DNA of 64,000 nucleotides from Perkinsus olseni (Eukaryota): NCBI GenBank assembly GCA_013115125.1, contig JABANN010000036.1, positions 1 to 64,000 of the forward strand, read 5' to 3'. Shown piece by piece: positions 60,888 to 64,000 of this stretch (position 1 is its first letter; each line of letters starts with the position of its first letter). The notes under the pieces were generated by a model. It saw only the letters and a program-made list of their open reading frames with translations, ran no database searches and was not told where the DNA came from. The position numbers and the translations under genes were made by a program.

Positions 60888-63741
60888 TTACATGTACTTG
60901 AGCAAGAAGAACACCTGAAAATGACACAAGCACAATACACGTCATAGCAGGCACAAGCAGTGTCACCATCATAGCAGCAGGCTGCCCGGTGAAGCAAAAG
61001 GTGATCCAGAAGATACAGTTGCCAAGGTTCGGCCTGTCCCTGATGAACTTCTTATCCGTGAGGACCATCAGTGGGACCTAAGCAGGGCAAATCCAACAGC
61101 CACTCTCCTATCACAATGACCACTAACCTGTGCTATGAACATCTGCGTGACCAGAGTGTAGAACGGCAGGCCGAAGGGTATCATAGACACGTACTCATGC
61201 AGGACACCAGAGAACACCTGACAGCAGTATCGTCTGATTCAACAGCTCCGCTGAGTTCCCTACGAAGCAGAGCATTCCGGCGACGTCCTGTGAGCAACCA
61301 AACCTCCTCGCAGGGACGTACATGTGACGGAGGATGAAGTAATGTACCTATTGAGTAGTAGCGGTAGACGGGAGAGAGACAGAGGGGAAGCGTACGGGAA
61401 GATTCCACTTCTGCCAGTATTCTCTGAAGCTGACGGAGTTCCACCAGTCCAAGTAGAACTCGCGATCTCCGAATCTGGTCAACTCGGCCAGAATATCTAA
61501 GGTTGACGCGTGCATGATACGGATTAGCTACCAAAGCATCTTGCACTTACTCATCCAAGTGTGAAAGAGAGTGAAGAACATGAGCAGCCAACAGTACAGG
61601 TTCGGCACGGCCAGCTTCAGTACACGCTCCGCGACAATCCTACTCGAGACCGATAAGAATCGCCACGTCGCGCTACATTTATTACAAAGCACTCTCGCGC
61701 CAGCTCTGGGAGTCCATTAGCATTATCCGAGCGTTGAGGAGGATGGGCAGCATGTACCTACAATCAAGACAACTCCCATCATCCAACAGCGCCAAGCTTG
61801 GCCCCTGCAAAAATTAAGATTCTCATTCTAAGGGCGTTTGATATCATCTGCGCAATCGCATGAATATTCGACGCGCCACTATAGCCTGAGTTGCTCCTAG
61901 GAAGCTACTGTAAGGTCCCCTCTCAGGCATGCTGCCTGTCCCAAGGACTGACGATCCTATCTCCATCAATCTTCGAGGCGATTTATGCACATTCAACGAG
62001 AGGAAGGCTGAAAAGGTTCACGACCCTCATGAACCTGTGTCTAGGAATGCTACCAGGCGGAATATTTCTGACCACCTGACCTGCTGCCACGAGCGCGCTA
62101 AGGAGGCCCTTCTCCAACTTACTGTTGCATGATGATGAGCTGCAGTGCTAGACAGAAGAGCAGTAGTGCTGTGTACTTCAATAAACGCATCCACTGAAGA
62201 GAACGACGCCATCGAAAGGGCCAAAGTAGAAAGGCTGCACTCACGTTGCGATGAGGGTATCGAGGGTACCATAGCTGATAACAGAGCGTGGGATAGGCGA
62301 TGAACATGTACCTGGCTCGCGATACGTCGCCTACTAGAGCCCAGCGCTAGGGTACTACATATCCTTCAGAGAGAAGCAGCGAGGATACTTTCTGGCAACC
62401 TCAAGAGTCTCCTTCTCATCAGCGAGGAGCATCTATAAAGAAAGAGGTATGGATCTCAGCTCGGCGAAAACGGAGGAAACCTTCCTCCGTTCCTTTCGAC
62501 CTTCCTCAGGAAGGCGACGATACTACCTCTAGCTTGTTCTTCTTGACAGACCAGAATAGATCATGACAGACATGCCAGTAACTGATGCAAGCATGGAGCT
62601 AAGATACCACCGCCGCGATGCACTGCGACCCACCTGACGATCTTCATAGCATAGGTTACCGAACAGCATAGCAGCCCCATGGCTAGGAGACCATGAGGTG
62701 CTGTGGCTGAAAGAATGTGCATCAGACGGGGTCCTGACCCGACAAGAGACTCCCTACTTTCAATGGTATACAGGGGTCCTATTAGCACTGCCAGCAAAAC
62801 AGATAGCTGCAAAGCATTCGCTAACCGACGGTCCTTCTGCCCCGGCGCGATGTACCTGCCATCGCAGTGAGAGTACCCCAGTCGAATGAGCTCTTGGTGA
62901 CAGCGTCAACTCTAAAGAACAGCCTCATACTGTTGTTAACCCTCGGCGCGAATGATACCGGTCGTAGTATCATGGTTAAGTTGCACGACAATACCCCTCG
63001 GTTCTACCTCTCTATGATGTAGCTAAGAGCAGGGCAGCATAATACAAGAATGAGGGTGTAGACCAGAGGAAGATGATGACGAAGGTTGTTAATGGAAAGA
63101 TACTCCCACGGTCTTAGCAGTATGCCGTACTTGATGAGGTTTTCTAGAACCAGACGCAGGTTCAATGCCTGGTCAAAAAACGTATCCAAAACTCACCAGA
63201 GACCTCCACAAGAGAGAAAGATTCCGACGACCTACCACTAACAGCAGACACATGAGGTTCACGATACCGCGATAGTTGGTGCCCTTCGTGCTCATACCGA
63301 GAAGGGGGGCCTGAGAAGGTTCCAAAACGACAATCGTCAATCGCCTGATAGACCCGTGACCCGCATCCTACGCTGCACTTTCGGTTGACAACACGACCAA
63401 GTGGATGAGAGCGTCTGAGCCGACGAAGCTCCTTCTCGTGCTTGACCTCGTCCTCGCTCTTAGAAGGAACCGCCTTGGACTCCTTCTTCTGGTGGTGTGG
63501 CTAACACAGGCGCGGCTCCCAGCACTACAGCAAAGAGAATGGCTAGCCCACCTGCTTGGGGACCTTCTCCACATCGCTTTGGTAGATGCTGCTGACCTGG
63601 TGGAACGTACCAGCCCTCTCAACTGCCATACGCTTCAGTTCCTTTTTCGAATCCTCTCCTAGTTCAGTCGACTTCGAACCTGACCATACTACCCTTCACG
63701 CTAGGCCGCCTTAGCCTCCCCATTTCACCTTTTTCTGACAT
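60888..63741 (-). CDS. DGAT1: Diacylglycerol O-acyltransferase 1 (MBOAT family), multi-exon
   Basis: [32 protein letters not shown]...[17 protein letters not shown] (catalytic His), [15 protein letters not shown]. Confidence 0.92.
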
Positions 63742-64000
63742 CTCTTTCAACGCGTCCGCGGCGTTAGAGAAAAAACTAGTCATACAAGGAAACCTGATCC
63801 GTCTGGCCGATCCAAATTCTCGCCCTCCCTTAAATCCCCCCTCTTCTCGAGCAATGCCACCGAGAGGGCCTGCTAAACGCTAGTAGCACGGGTAGCATCG
63901 TGACTGCTAAAATGCGCTCACGCGCGGCGTAAAATAATCGATTACAATGGCGCGCGCTTTTTCCCGAATACGATCGGCGCAAGATCGCTTGCGATTGGTT

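Noticed and set aside
14506-63741. Lipid gene cluster (ACC, SDR, carrier, DGAT1)
   Set aside because: ACC and DGAT1 are about 39 kb apart with unrelated genes between them; no evidence of functional clustering.

Overview
Eukaryotic, gene-dense DNA with many short (about 40-60 nt) GT-AG introns. The style resembles the alveolate Perkinsus (inference, not verified). 1-31 kb holds mostly intact spliced genes: two tandem genes sharing an unrecognised C-terminal domain, a Wee1-type kinase, uroporphyrinogen decarboxylase head-to-head with a multidomain acetyl-CoA carboxylase whose C-terminal carboxyltransferase subdomain is degenerate, an FHA-like protein, the 3' half of a tRNA, and an NFKBIL1-like HPD protein. 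About 31-59 kb is a decaying, rearranged zone: a 9-10 kb tandem duplication, a family of GNAT acetyltransferases with signal-peptide-like leaders, SDR, PHD-finger and retroelement remnants, and a 25-bp minisatellite. A mitochondrial carrier and DGAT1 close the window. The strongest signal is a stereotyped scar in the decayed zone: an 8-bp site S appears as S(1-7)+revcomp(S)+S(2-8), a net gain of 14 bp. It occurs exactly at six places, one of them nested twice. This is the product expected from hairpin-forming (hAT-type) transposon excision repaired by annealing of P-nucleotides. Boundaries of spliced genes were read by eye and are approximate.
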